A DNA stretch of 64,000 nt from Candidatus Ornithomonoglobus merdipullorum. GTDB taxonomy: Bacteria; Bacillota; Clostridia; UBA1381. This document shows, one piece after another, positions 1 through 8,206 of this stretch. Below the pieces are notes generated by a model. It was not told where the DNA came from. It did not search any database and saw only the letters and a program-made list of their open reading frames with translations. Both the position numbers and the translations under genes were made by a program. The stretch is taken from contig DVNB01000024.1 in assembly GCA_018714695.1 (NCBI GenBank), forward strand, positions 2,563 through 66,562, in the 5' to 3' direction. Each line of letters opens with the position of its first letter. Positions within the stretch are counted from its first letter, which is position 1.

Positions 1-402
1 TTCAAAACCAGAGCCTGTTGCTGCAGAATATGTATCGTTGTCGTTATATCTCTGTCCACCAATACTAACGTAACCGTTTCCGGTTATATTAATTTTGAGT
101 TCAGCCGCGGAGTAAGCATATATACTAACGCTATTGCCATCCTCTGCTGGCACAATATTATCAATCACATACTCAATATCGTTGTATGTAAAAGAATTGC
201 CTGGAGTGGAAACAGTTATCATTTGTAATGCATTCTCTGGATAAATAGGTGTATCAGAATTATTAAGATAAATCTTGTACATATTAAATGGTGAAGCTTG
301 TTCGTCATATGTATACGCCCCCACTTCCGTAGCCAAACCCACAAAAGCGGTCATAGTCATAACCAGCGCGGTAAGCGCGCCGATAAATTTCTTAAAGATC
401 AT
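1..402 (-). CDS. secreted protein, N-terminal ~134 codons (gene runs off the window start)
   Basis: Absent from the ORF track because it has no in-window stop. Reverse-strand ATG at 402-400 lies 8 nt after the SD AAGGGAGAG. It translates MIFKKFIGALTALVMTMTAFVGLATEVGAYTYDEQ..., a typical signal peptide, and the frame stays open to position 1. Confidence 0.6.
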   Translation of the reverse strand, partial: MIFKKFIGALTALVMTMTAFVGLATEVGAYTYDEQASPFNMYKIYLNNSDTPIYPENALQMITVSTPGNSFTYNDIEYVIDNIVPAEDGNSVSIYAYSAAELKINITGNGYVSIGGQRYNDNDTYSAATGSGFE

Positions 403-662
403 ATTAAAATATCTCTCCCTTCTTCGGGAGCCCGGTCGGGGTCCCCCTTGGTATTTTGAGCCTGTTACCGTGGCTGCACGGTCTCTTTGGTGTCCGCTCC
501 TTATGCAGGTGTTCGGGAACGGAGCCGGGACCCGCATCGCCCGGCAGCCTCCTGCCGCGGAGGCTTGTATAAATAAACGCCTGCGTGCCGGAAGCGGTCT
601 TCCGCCATTGCGCCGGGCGGTTACTTATTATTTGATATAGCTGCAAGCTTGGAGTACAGCTA
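403..662 (-). promoter_or_regulatory. ~260-nt GC-rich structured 5' leader (candidate riboswitch or cis-regulatory RNA, class unassigned)
   Basis: Lies between a consensus promoter (670-698) and the ATG at 402. Nested complementary segments on the - strand RNA are CGGAAG/CUUCCG, AGCCUCC/GGAGGCU, long-range GGGUCCC...GGGACCC, and ACCGUG/CACGGU. The last hairpin, CUCCC-GAAGAA-GGGAG, overlaps the SD. Confidence 0.4.
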
Positions 663-669
663 CACCTAT

Positions 670-698
670 ATTATACCTCAATATTCCTTTTATGTCAA
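670..698 (-). promoter_or_regulatory. sigma-A type promoter
   Basis: Reverse strand reads TTGACA (698-693), a 17-nt spacer, then TATAAT (675-670). This is a perfect consensus match. Confidence 0.6.
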
Positions 699-757
699 GG
701 GAATTTACACAATTTTTGGTTATTTTTGATTTTTTTTACTTGCTTGGAATGGTAGAA

Positions 758-790
758 ATAAAAAAGCGCCGCCCCCGCTGGGGCAGCGCC
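758..790 (-). terminator. intrinsic terminator after carB
   Basis: Reverse strand GGCGCUGCCCC-AGC-GGGGCGGCGC followed by UUUUUUAUUU, starting 17 nt after the carB stop. Confidence 0.7.
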
Positions 791-806
791 GTAAAAACGC
801 TCCGCT

Positions 807-3800
807 TTATCCCGTTACTTTTATATCGTCAAGCGAGATCACGTTCAGCTTGTCTATCGTAAAGCTCTTTTCCATTACCTCCACGAGCGCTCCGAAGGTG
901 TCAAGGCTGGTCATGAGCGTTATATCGCTCTCTATGGCTACGCGCCTTATCTTGAACCCGTCGGAGTTGACGTCGTTCGTCTTGGCGGGGATATCTATTA
1001 TCATATCCGCCATTCCGCTCCTTATGATGTCCAGGATATTTGGCACTCCGTCGGAGATCTTCTTTGCGATCTGGCACTGTATGCCGTTAGCCTCGAGCAG
1101 TTTCGCGGTGCCTTCCGTCGCGATGAACTTGCAGCCGTAATCGCTGCAGCGCTTTGCGAGCGGCAGGAAGTCTTCCTTGTCGAAGTCGCGGATGGTCGCG
1201 AGTATCGTCGAACCCGGCTTCGGGATGGTCGTCTTTGCGGCAAGGAAGCCCTTGTACATCGCTTCCTCAAAATCCATGCCTATGCCGAGGACCTCTCCTG
1301 TCGAGCGCATCTCGGGCCCCAGCGTTACCTCTACCTTCGGCAGCTTCTCTGTCGAGAATATCGGTACCTTTACCGCAACGGTGTTCGTTATCGGCGCGAT
1401 GCCTGATTTGTAGCCCATATCCGCGAGCTTCTCGCCCAGCATTATGCGCGTTGCGATGTCTATTACCGGCACGTTCGTTACCTTTGTTATATACGGTACG
1501 GTACGGCTCGAACGCGGATTTACCTCTATGATATACAGATCATCCTTGAATTCGATGAACTGTATGTTTATCATGCCTATTACCTTGAGCTCAAGCGCGA
1601 TCCTGTACGTGACGTCCTCTATCTTCTTTATGATATGCTCCGGTATATGCTGCGGCGGATAGATCGATATCGAGTCACCGCTGTGTATTCCGGCTCTTTC
1701 AAGGTGCTCCATAACACCCGGTATCAGAACGTCCGTGCCGTCGCAGATCGCGTCTACCTCGATCTCGCGTCCGCCGAGATAGCGGTCTATGAGGACCGGG
1801 TTCTTTTTGTCTTTCTTGAATGCGTCTGTCAGATAGCGGACGAGATCTGTCTCGTTTCTTGTTATCTCCATACCCTGACCGCCGAGCACGTATGACGGAC
1901 GGACGAGCAGCGGATATTCAAGCCGGTTTGCCTCGTCTATACCCTCCTGTACCGTCCATACAGCCTTACCCTGCGGACGCTTTATGCTGAGCTTTTCGAG
2001 CATATCGTCAAACTTCTCTCTGTCCTCAGCCTCGTCGATGTACTTGGGCTGAGTGCCGAGCACCGGAACGTGCATCTCGTCGAGGAAGTTTGCGAGCTTT
2101 ATAGCCGTCTGGCCGCCGAACTGGAGTATTACGCCGTCGGGCTTTTCAAGGGTGATTATGTTGTATACATCCTCCTCGGTGAGCGGCTCAAAGTAGAGCT
2201 TGTCCGAGGTGTCGAAGTCGGTCGATACGGTCTCGGGGTTGTTGTTGATGATTATCGTCTCAACGCCGGCTTTTTCGAGTGACTGTATGCTGTGTACCGA
2301 GCAGTAGTCAAACTCGATGCCCTGACCGATCCTTATCGGACCGGAGCCTATAACTATTACCTTCTTCTTGTCCGAACGGAAGGATTCCGTTACCTCGTCG
2401 TAGGTCGAGTAGTAGTAGGGCGATACCGCCTCAAACTCGCCCGCGCAGGTGTCGACCATCTTGTACACCGGCGTTATACCGAATGCGATACGCTTGCTGT
2501 ATACCTCGTTTGCGTGGCAGCCCATAAGCTCCGCCATGCCCTTGTCCGAGAAGCCCATCTTCTTGTAGCGGCGCATCGTGTCCGCGTCTATGGTGTCTAT
2601 GGTGAAGCCCTTAAGCTCTTCCTCGGCATCGACGATGTTGCTTATCTTCTGAAGGAAGAACATATCTATGCCTGTGAGCTCGTTTATCTTCTCTATATGA
2701 TACTTTCTTCTTATCAGCTCCGCGAGATCGAAAAGTCTCTCGTCGTCCGGAACGCAGACTCTCTGCCTGAGCTCCTTGATAGAGCGCTTTTTCGAGGATT
2801 CGCGCTCAAGCGTGTACTGCTTGATCTCAAGCGAACGTACACCCTTCAGAAGCGATGCCTCAAAGCTGTTTGCTATAGCCATTACCTCTCCGGTTGCCAT
2901 CATCTTTGTGCCCAGACGCCGTCTTGCGCCGAAGAACTTGTCGAACGGCCACTTCGGGATCTTTGTTACAACGTAGTCGATCGTCGGCTCGAAGCATGCG
3001 TATGTTTTGCCCGTAACGGCATTCTTGATCTCGTCGAGGTTATAGCCGAGCGCGATCTTTGCGGCGATCTTTGCGATCGGGTAGCCCGTTGCCTTTGACG
3101 CGAGCGCCGAGGAACGGCTCACTCTCGGGTTGATCTCGATCACCGCGTATTCGAAGCTCTTGGGATTGAGCGCGAACTGGACGTTGCAGCCGCCCTTTAT
3201 CTCGATCGAATTGATTATGTCTATAGCAGCTTTTCTGAGCATCTGGAATTCCTTGTCGGCAAGTGTAAGCGTCGGAGCCACGACTATCGAGTCACCCGTA
3301 TGCACACCCACCGGGTCGAGGTTTTCCATCGGACATACCGTTATACAGTTGCCGGCTCCGTCGCGCATTACCTCGAACTCTATCTCCTTCCAGCCCGCTA
3401 TGGATTTCTCAAGAAGCACCTGTCCGACGCGCGAGAGATGAAGTCCCTGCGCGAGTATCGTCTCAAGCTGCTCTTCATCCTCGGCTATGCCGCCGCCCGT
3501 TCCGCCGAGCGTGTATGCCGGACGAACGATCACCGGATAGCCGATCTTATCGGCGAATCGCTTTCCGTCCTCCATCGTGGTGACTATCTCCGAGGGAGCT
3601 ATCGGCTGGTTTGTTCTTTCCATAAGGCGCTTGAACGAATCTCTGTCCTCGCCCTCCTTTATGGATTCTATAGACGTTCCGATGACTCTTACGTTGTATT
3701 TGTCAAATACGCCGTTATCATAGAGCTCGCAGGCGAGATTTAGTCCCGTCTGACCGCCCATTCCGGCTATGACCGAGTCGGGGCGCTCCCTTGCTATTAT

Positions 3801-4028
3801 CTTTTCTATATATTCCGCGGTAAGCGGCTCGATATATGTGTCCGAAGCCATTCCTCTGTCCGTCATTATCGTTGCCGGGTTGGAGTTTACGAGAACGACC
3901 TCGATGCCCTCCTCCTCTATAGCGCGGCATGCCTGTGTGCCGGAGTAGTCAAATTCGGCAGCCTGTCCGATGACTATCGGACCCGAGCCTATTACAAGTA
4001 CCTTTTTAATCGATTTATCTAAAGGCAT
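807..4028 (-). CDS. carB: carbamoyl-phosphate synthase large subunit
   Basis: 1073-aa ORF with duplicated ATP-grasp halves ([21 protein letters not shown] and [19 protein letters not shown]) and a C-terminal MGS-like domain. It lies directly downstream of carA. Confidence 0.97.
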   Translation of the reverse strand: MPLDKSIKKVLVIGSGPIVIGQAAEFDYSGTQACRAIEEEGIEVVLVNSNPATIMTDRGMASDTYIEPLTAEYIEKIIARERPDSVIAGMGGQTGLNLACELYDNGVFDKYNVRVIGTSIESIKEGEDRDSFKRLMERTNQPIAPSEIVTTMEDGKRFADKIGYPVIVRPAYTLGGTGGGIAEDEEQLETILAQGLHLSRVGQVLLEKSIAGWKEIEFEVMRDGAGNCITVCPMENLDPVGVHTGDSIVVAPTLTLADKEFQMLRKAAIDIINSIEIKGGCNVQFALNPKSFEYAVIEINPRVSRSSALASKATGYPIAKIAAKIALGYNLDEIKNAVTGKTYACFEPTIDYVVTKIPKWPFDKFFGARRRLGTKMMATGEVMAIANSFEASLLKGVRSLEIKQYTLERESSKKRSIKELRQRVCVPDDERLFDLAELIRRKYHIEKINELTGIDMFFLQKISNIVDAEEELKGFTIDTIDADTMRRYKKMGFSDKGMAELMGCHANEVYSKRIAFGITPVYKMVDTCAGEFEAVSPYYYSTYDEVTESFRSDKKKVIVIGSGPIRIGQGIEFDYCSVHSIQSLEKAGVETIIINNNPETVSTDFDTSDKLYFEPLTEEDVYNIITLEKPDGVILQFGGQTAIKLANFLDEMHVPVLGTQPKYIDEAEDREKFDDMLEKLSIKRPQGKAVWTVQEGIDEANRLEYPLLVRPSYVLGGQGMEITRNETDLVRYLTDAFKKDKKNPVLIDRYLGGREIEVDAICDGTDVLIPGVMEHLERAGIHSGDSISIYPPQHIPEHIIKKIEDVTYRIALELKVIGMINIQFIEFKDDLYIIEVNPRSSRTVPYITKVTNVPVIDIATRIMLGEKLADMGYKSGIAPITNTVAVKVPIFSTEKLPKVEVTLGPEMRSTGEVLGIGMDFEEAMYKGFLAAKTTIPKPGSTILATIRDFDKEDFLPLAKRCSDYGCKFIATEGTAKLLEANGIQCQIAKKISDGVPNILDIIRSGMADMIIDIPAKTNDVNSDGFKIRRVAIESDITLMTSLDTFGALVEVMEKSFTIDKLNVISLDDIKVTG

Positions 4029-4029
4029 T

Positions 4030-5082
4030 TTACTTTACCTCCTTTAAGAATCTGTCAAAGAGCCAGCCCGAATCGAGCGGACCGGGCGAAGCCTCCGGGT
4101 GGAACTGGACGCTCAGTATGGGCAACGTTTTGTGACGTATCCCCTCGCAGGTCTTATCATTTACGTTTGTGAACCATTCCTCCACATCGTCGGGATAATC
4201 CGTGAGTATATAGTTGTGGTTCTGGCTCGTTATATAGCATATACCTGTCTCAGCGTATTTTACCGGATGGTTTCCGCCGTGATGGCCGAACTTCAGCTTT
4301 GCCGTCTTGCAGCCGAGCGCGAGACCTATGATCTGGTGTCCCATGCAAATGCCGCATATCGGGTATTTGCCAATGAGCGCCTTTACGGTATCTACCGTTC
4401 CGGGAGCGTCAAGCGGGTCTCCGGGACCGTTTGAAAGGAACACCAGCTCCGGCTCTGCCGCCTCTATCGCCTCGGAGCTGACATCTGCGCGGAATACGGT
4501 TATCTTGCAGCCTCTCTTTGCGAGGTCGCGCAGTATGCCGTCCTTTGCGCCCATATCGATGAATGCCACATGCGGCTTTCCGCCGGGATTTATCACGTAG
4601 CTTTCGTCGGCTGTGGTCTGAAGGATGACCTTGCTGTTGTCAAGGGTATCCATAAGCGCCTTTGCTTCCTCGTCCGACGGCTCGCCCTGCATTATAACGG
4701 CTTTCATACATCCGTAGTCACGGATTATTCTCGTAAGAGCGCGGGTGTCTATCCCCTCAAGCCCTACAACGCCTTCTTCTGACAGGAAATCGTCTATGTT
4801 CATCTCGTTTCTGAAGTTTGACGGATGGTCACATTTTTCGCGCACTACAAACCCCTTCAAATTTGTGTGCTTTGCCTCGTTGTCATCGAGGTTTATCCCG
4901 TAATTGCCTATGAGCGGAAATGTCATTGTGACTATCTGCCCGGCGTAGGACGGATCCGTGAGTGTTTCCTGATATCCGGTCATATTCGTGGTGAAAACGA
5001 TCTCGCCCGCTATGTCCTTTATGTCGCCGAACAATTCACCTGTGAAACGCTGACCGTTTTCCAGAATCAACTGTCCTTTCAT
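4030..5082 (-). CDS. carA: carbamoyl-phosphate synthase small (glutaminase) subunit
   Basis: 350-aa ORF with a class I amidotransferase motif ([10 protein letters not shown], then FHPE). There is a 1-nt gap to carB and an AAAGGAG SD upstream. Confidence 0.97.
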   Translation of the reverse strand: MKGQLILENGQRFTGELFGDIKDIAGEIVFTTNMTGYQETLTDPSYAGQIVTMTFPLIGNYGINLDDNEAKHTNLKGFVVREKCDHPSNFRNEMNIDDFLSEEGVVGLEGIDTRALTRIIRDYGCMKAVIMQGEPSDEEAKALMDTLDNSKVILQTTADESYVINPGGKPHVAFIDMGAKDGILRDLAKRGCKITVFRADVSSEAIEAAEPELVFLSNGPGDPLDAPGTVDTVKALIGKYPICGICMGHQIIGLALGCKTAKLKFGHHGGNHPVKYAETGICYITSQNHNYILTDYPDDVEEWFTNVNDKTCEGIRHKTLPILSVQFHPEASPGPLDSGWLFDRFLKEVK

Positions 5083-5147
5083 ATGTTTGTAACTCCTTTC
5101 ATCCCTTGAGCGCTCACCGCGCCCATCCTGTATTCTTTCTGCGGCTC

Positions 5148-5179
5148 AAAAAAAAAGACAATGATAAAAATTCATTGCC
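5148..5179 (-). promoter_or_regulatory. terminator-like hairpin plus U9 tract in the carA leader (candidate attenuator or operator palindrome)
   Basis: Reverse strand GCAAUGA-AUUUUUA-UCAUUGU followed by nine U, about 65 nt upstream of the carA ATG. The stem is AT-rich. Confidence 0.35.
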
Positions 5180-5298
5180 AATAATTTTTAAAACGAAAAC
5201 AAAGAGGAACTGTGTTCCGGTAAGAAACAGGTATCGCCGCGATTTGCTCAAAAAAACCGGTATGCATAGTTTTATCCGCTCCTCTCTTTATCTATTCT

Positions 5299-5327
5299 AT
5301 TCTACCATCTGAAAGGCGATTTGTCAA
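5299..5327 (-). promoter_or_regulatory. carAB promoter
   Basis: Reverse strand TTGACA, 17 nt (ending TGG), then TAGAAT. This implies a ~210-nt leader. Confidence 0.55.
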
Positions 5328-5364
5328 TATAAAAGTCGCTTTTTTCGAAATTTTTTTCGGGAAT

Positions 5365-5603
5365 GAATGAGTGAATTTTTTATGAACACGCATCGGCAAT
5401 GAACGACAAGGCTCCCCTAAAAGGGGAGCTGGCAGCGAAGCTGACTGAGGGGTTCTGTCTTTTTCACTATAGTTCATACCGCGAAACCCCTCCACCGCCG
5501 TTCGGCGGTCTCCTCCCCTTTCAGGGGAGGCTTACATAATTTAGCGATGCAGTTAATGGTTGGCACCTCATTCACACTTCGTTAACCCATTCAAAAACCG
5601 TGC
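5365..5603. repeat. multi-hairpin intergenic repeat, copy A (inverted relative to copy B at 56958-57183)
   Basis: The reverse complement of 5401-5540 aligns nearly base-for-base with 57011-57150, for example cctcagtcagcttcgctgccagctcccct. Hairpins include GGCTCCCCT-aaa-AGGGGAGCT, CCGCCG-ttc-GGCGG and CCTCCCCT-ttc-AGGGGAGG. Confidence 0.8.
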
Positions 5604-5712
5604 ATTTTTTTTACCTTTTTTATTTTCGGTATGGAAATCGTGGACGAAATGTAGTATAATAGAATTGCAGCCGCGTGTTTAGGGCGGTGAGAAATACAGG
5701 AGGGATTTGTTT

Positions 5713-6582
5713 ATGGATGTTTTCGGAGCATTGAATTCGTTTTTTGAATATGCGTTCAGATATATACGGATCTTGAGGATAAGCGATTTTGTGGATATAT
5801 TTATTGTCGCGGTGATCGTTTACTATATAATGATGAGTCTGCGCGGAACGCGGGCGGTGCATCTTTTAAAAGGGATAATCGTTGCGGTCGTGATATTTAT
5901 GCTCAGCAGCATACTGCATCTGAATTCGCTTAATTACATATTGGGAGCGGTGTTCCAGATAGCTATGTATGCGGTGGTCGTGATATTTCAGCCGGAGCTC
6001 CGCAATCTTTTGGAAAAGATGGGACGGCTCAGATTGGGCAGCTTTATGGGGCTGGCATTCAACACCAATCAGAATAAAGAGGATATGGAGACGGTCATAT
6101 TGAATATAGCCGCTGCCGCGGCGGATATGTCCGAAACAAAAACCGGCGCGCTCATCGTCATAGAACGGGAAACTCGTCTCGGTGAATACATGCCGAGCGG
6201 TACGGTCCTCGATGCAAATGTGACGCGGGAACTGCTTGAGAACATTTTTGTGCCGAACACACCGCTGCATGACGGCGCCGTTATTATAAGAGGCAGCAAG
6301 ATCATAACTGCCGGCTGCGTTCTTCCTCTCACGGCTAATACAAACCTTTCGAGCGAGCTGGGGACAAGGCACAGGGCTGCCTTGGGACTCAGCGAGACGT
6401 CAGACGCGATAGTCGTTGTGGTGAGCGAGGAGACCGGAAAAATTTCAATAGCCCTAAACGGCGCGCTTACCAGAAACCTTAATGAAACGACGCTCAGAAA
6501 GGCGCTTACAAAGCTTCTGAGCGCGGAGCCGGAAAAAGGGAGCGATACTTTGAAAAAAATCAAATTCTGGAAGTCTAAATAA
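5713..6582 (+). CDS. cdaA: diadenylate cyclase CdaA (DisA_N domain, membrane-anchored)
   Basis: Has N-terminal TM helices and the DAC motifs TPLHDGAVIIRG and GTRHRAALG. The start is trimmed from the track's TTG (5707) to the ATG at 5713, 8 nt after AGGAGGGA. Confidence 0.92.
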   Translation: MDVFGALNSFFEYAFRYIRILRISDFVDIFIVAVIVYYIMMSLRGTRAVHLLKGIIVAVVIFMLSSILHLNSLNYILGAVFQIAMYAVVVIFQPELRNLLEKMGRLRLGSFMGLAFNTNQNKEDMETVILNIAAAAADMSETKTGALIVIERETRLGEYMPSGTVLDANVTRELLENIFVPNTPLHDGAVIIRGSKIITAGCVLPLTANTNLSSELGTRHRAALGLSETSDAIVVVVSEETGKISIALNGALTRNLNETTLRKALTKLLSAEPEKGSDTLKKIKFWKSK

Positions 6583-6596
6583 CGGAGGCTGGCAAT

Positions 6597-7787
6597 ATGG
6601 CAAAGAATGAAAAGGAGCGCGAAAACGAGAAGGAGCGCCGCAAGAAGAATAAAATGGGGTATATGATCATCTCTCTTGTTATATCGGTGATAATATGGGC
6701 GATGATATCCTATACCACGGATCCCGATGTCAGCAAGACGCTGCATGACGTGACTGTAAGATTTGTGGGCGAGGACGCTCTTAAGGAGCGGGGACTTATA
6801 GTCACAGGCACCGATGAGCTGCCCGATCTTTCTGTGAAGATAAGCGGGAAGCGGAGCGATATGGTATATGCGATCGACAATGTGGTAGTGGAGTTTGACG
6901 TATCCGGGATAGAGAGCACGGGAGTATACGAGCTTGAAGGCGCTGTTATCCTGCCCAATTCAAGGATCAATCTTGAACGGATCAGATTCGATACCGTACC
7001 TGTGACGATCAGTGAATATGAGGAAAAGGAAATAGATATAGACGTAAGACAGACCGGTGTGCTCAGGGGAAAGATCGTGAGATCAGAGACGGAAACGAAA
7101 AAAGTAACGATATCCGGAGCCAAGGAGGAAGTGGACAATGTCGCATCCGGCTATGTTACGATCGACATATCAAAGCTTGATGAGAGCAGGGACGTGCGGA
7201 GCAGCTTCGTCATGCTTGACAGCGACGGCAATTTAATAAGTAGGAATGAGACCATAGAGACAGAAACACCCGACATTTTGGTAAGGAATACGGTGTATGA
7301 TTCGGCAGAGCTGAGAGTCGAGCCGGTCCTGGCGGAGGCCCTCTCTGGAGATTATATATTGGATGCGGAAAATACATCTGCCGATCCGGGAACGGTCACG
7401 GTGGGAGTTCTCCCGGGATATTCGTATGAATCGGTGAAAGCCGAGATAACGGGACTGACCGCGGGTGAGTACCAGCTCAGTGAAGAGGAAGGAATGTACA
7501 TCCCGGAGGATTCGAAATCAGTGTATATAGATCCAAAGATTTATGCAAGGACGGCTTTTCAAAGATCTGTGAATGTTACAGTGGTAAATTTGGCTGACGG
7601 GCTCAGCGTTGCCGGGAGCCCCGCGGTCGAGGCGGTGTTTTACGGTGACGAGACAAGGGCGGACGCGATAACGGCTTATGTCGATGCGGAAGGACTGTCG
7701 GCGGGAATATATGACCTTCCGGTAGTGTTTGAAGGAGAGGGGATATATCCCGATGGAGAATACACCGCGGAGGTGACGATAGAATGA
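6597..7787 (+). CDS. cdaR: CdaA regulatory protein CdaR (YbbR-repeat protein)
   Basis: 396 aa with one N-terminal TM helix and repeated YbbR-like beta modules. It lies immediately downstream of cdaA, the conserved cdaA-cdaR arrangement. Confidence 0.75.
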   Translation: MAKNEKERENEKERRKKNKMGYMIISLVISVIIWAMISYTTDPDVSKTLHDVTVRFVGEDALKERGLIVTGTDELPDLSVKISGKRSDMVYAIDNVVVEFDVSGIESTGVYELEGAVILPNSRINLERIRFDTVPVTISEYEEKEIDIDVRQTGVLRGKIVRSETETKKVTISGAKEEVDNVASGYVTIDISKLDESRDVRSSFVMLDSDGNLISRNETIETETPDILVRNTVYDSAELRVEPVLAEALSGDYILDAENTSADPGTVTVGVLPGYSYESVKAEITGLTAGEYQLSEEEGMYIPEDSKSVYIDPKIYARTAFQRSVNVTVVNLADGLSVAGSPAVEAVFYGDETRADAITAYVDAEGLSAGIYDLPVVFEGEGIYPDGEYTAEVTIE

Positions 7788-7954
7788 CGAAAAATTTTTT
7801 TATAAAAAAGCGGAACAAAATCATTTCTGGTACGTCTAATGATATGTAACGCAGCGATGTGTTTAAAATATCAACAAAATCTACAGGCTGTGCCGTTGAT
7901 TTTATTCATATCTTACAAAAATATTTCAAAGTTATGAATTTTGAAAAAAAGTTG

Positions 7955-7983
7955 TTGACATATTCGCTGTTAAATAGTACAAT
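7955..7983 (+). promoter_or_regulatory. promoter of the S-layer-like gene
   Basis: TTGACA, 17 nt, then TACAAT. It leaves a ~215-nt untranslated leader before the ATG at 8207. Confidence 0.55.
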
Positions 7984-8206
7984 ATTAAGTAGCAGTTTTG
8001 AGTAATTTGGGTAGAAGCATTATTCAAATCACTGTTACCGTAATATTGGAGAGGACTTTCGGCAAAGCAGGTTATAGTTCGCAGGTCTTCAGCTCCGGCT
8101 TCTGCTTGCAAAGAAGACGGATAAGCATAGCCGGTAAATCCACGGGAGCGTTTGCCGGTGTACAGAAGAGTTCCCGGGTCAAAATTAAAAGGGAGGATTT
8201 GAGACA

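Noticed and set aside
275-646. Track ORFs 275-640 (+, 121 aa) and 404-646 (-, 80 aa)
   Set aside because: Both lie wholly inside the GC-rich structured leader. They have no SD and give Arg/Pro/Gly-rich low-complexity translations typical of GC-rich non-coding sequence. The real gene on this stretch is the - strand signal-peptide ORF starting at 402.
403-662. Assigning the leader to the c-di-AMP (ydaO), c-di-GMP-I/II or cobalamin riboswitch classes
   Set aside because: Only fragments resemble the conserved cores (GGGGGACCC, CCCGAAC, GCAGCCACGGUAAC). They occur in the wrong order or spacing, and the key blocks are absent. These are GGGGU.AAUC and CAGCUAAC for ydaO, GGGAA..GGUG.AAA plus the B12 box for cobalamin, and the GNRA/receptor pair for GEMM-I. 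The class is left unassigned.
850-5109. Many 60-270 aa ORFs on the + strand inside carB/carA (for example 2292-3098)
   Set aside because: These are shadow ORFs antisense to unmistakable carB/carA coding sequence, with no SDs and odd composition.
5083-5292. PyrR-binding attenuator in the carA leader (and in the pyrE leader, 39862-39945)
   Set aside because: I found no UCCAGAGAGG-type PyrR loop. Only AAAGAGAGGAG and GGCAGGGAGA are present, which is too weak to call.
5292-5495. 67-aa ORF (-) across repeat copy A, and the 24-codon ORF at 57074-57148 in copy B
   Set aside because: The two copies share the peptide core (TPQSASLPAPL) only because the DNA is nearly identical. ORF lengths and termini differ, there is no SD, and sequence differences follow hairpin pairing rather than codon position.
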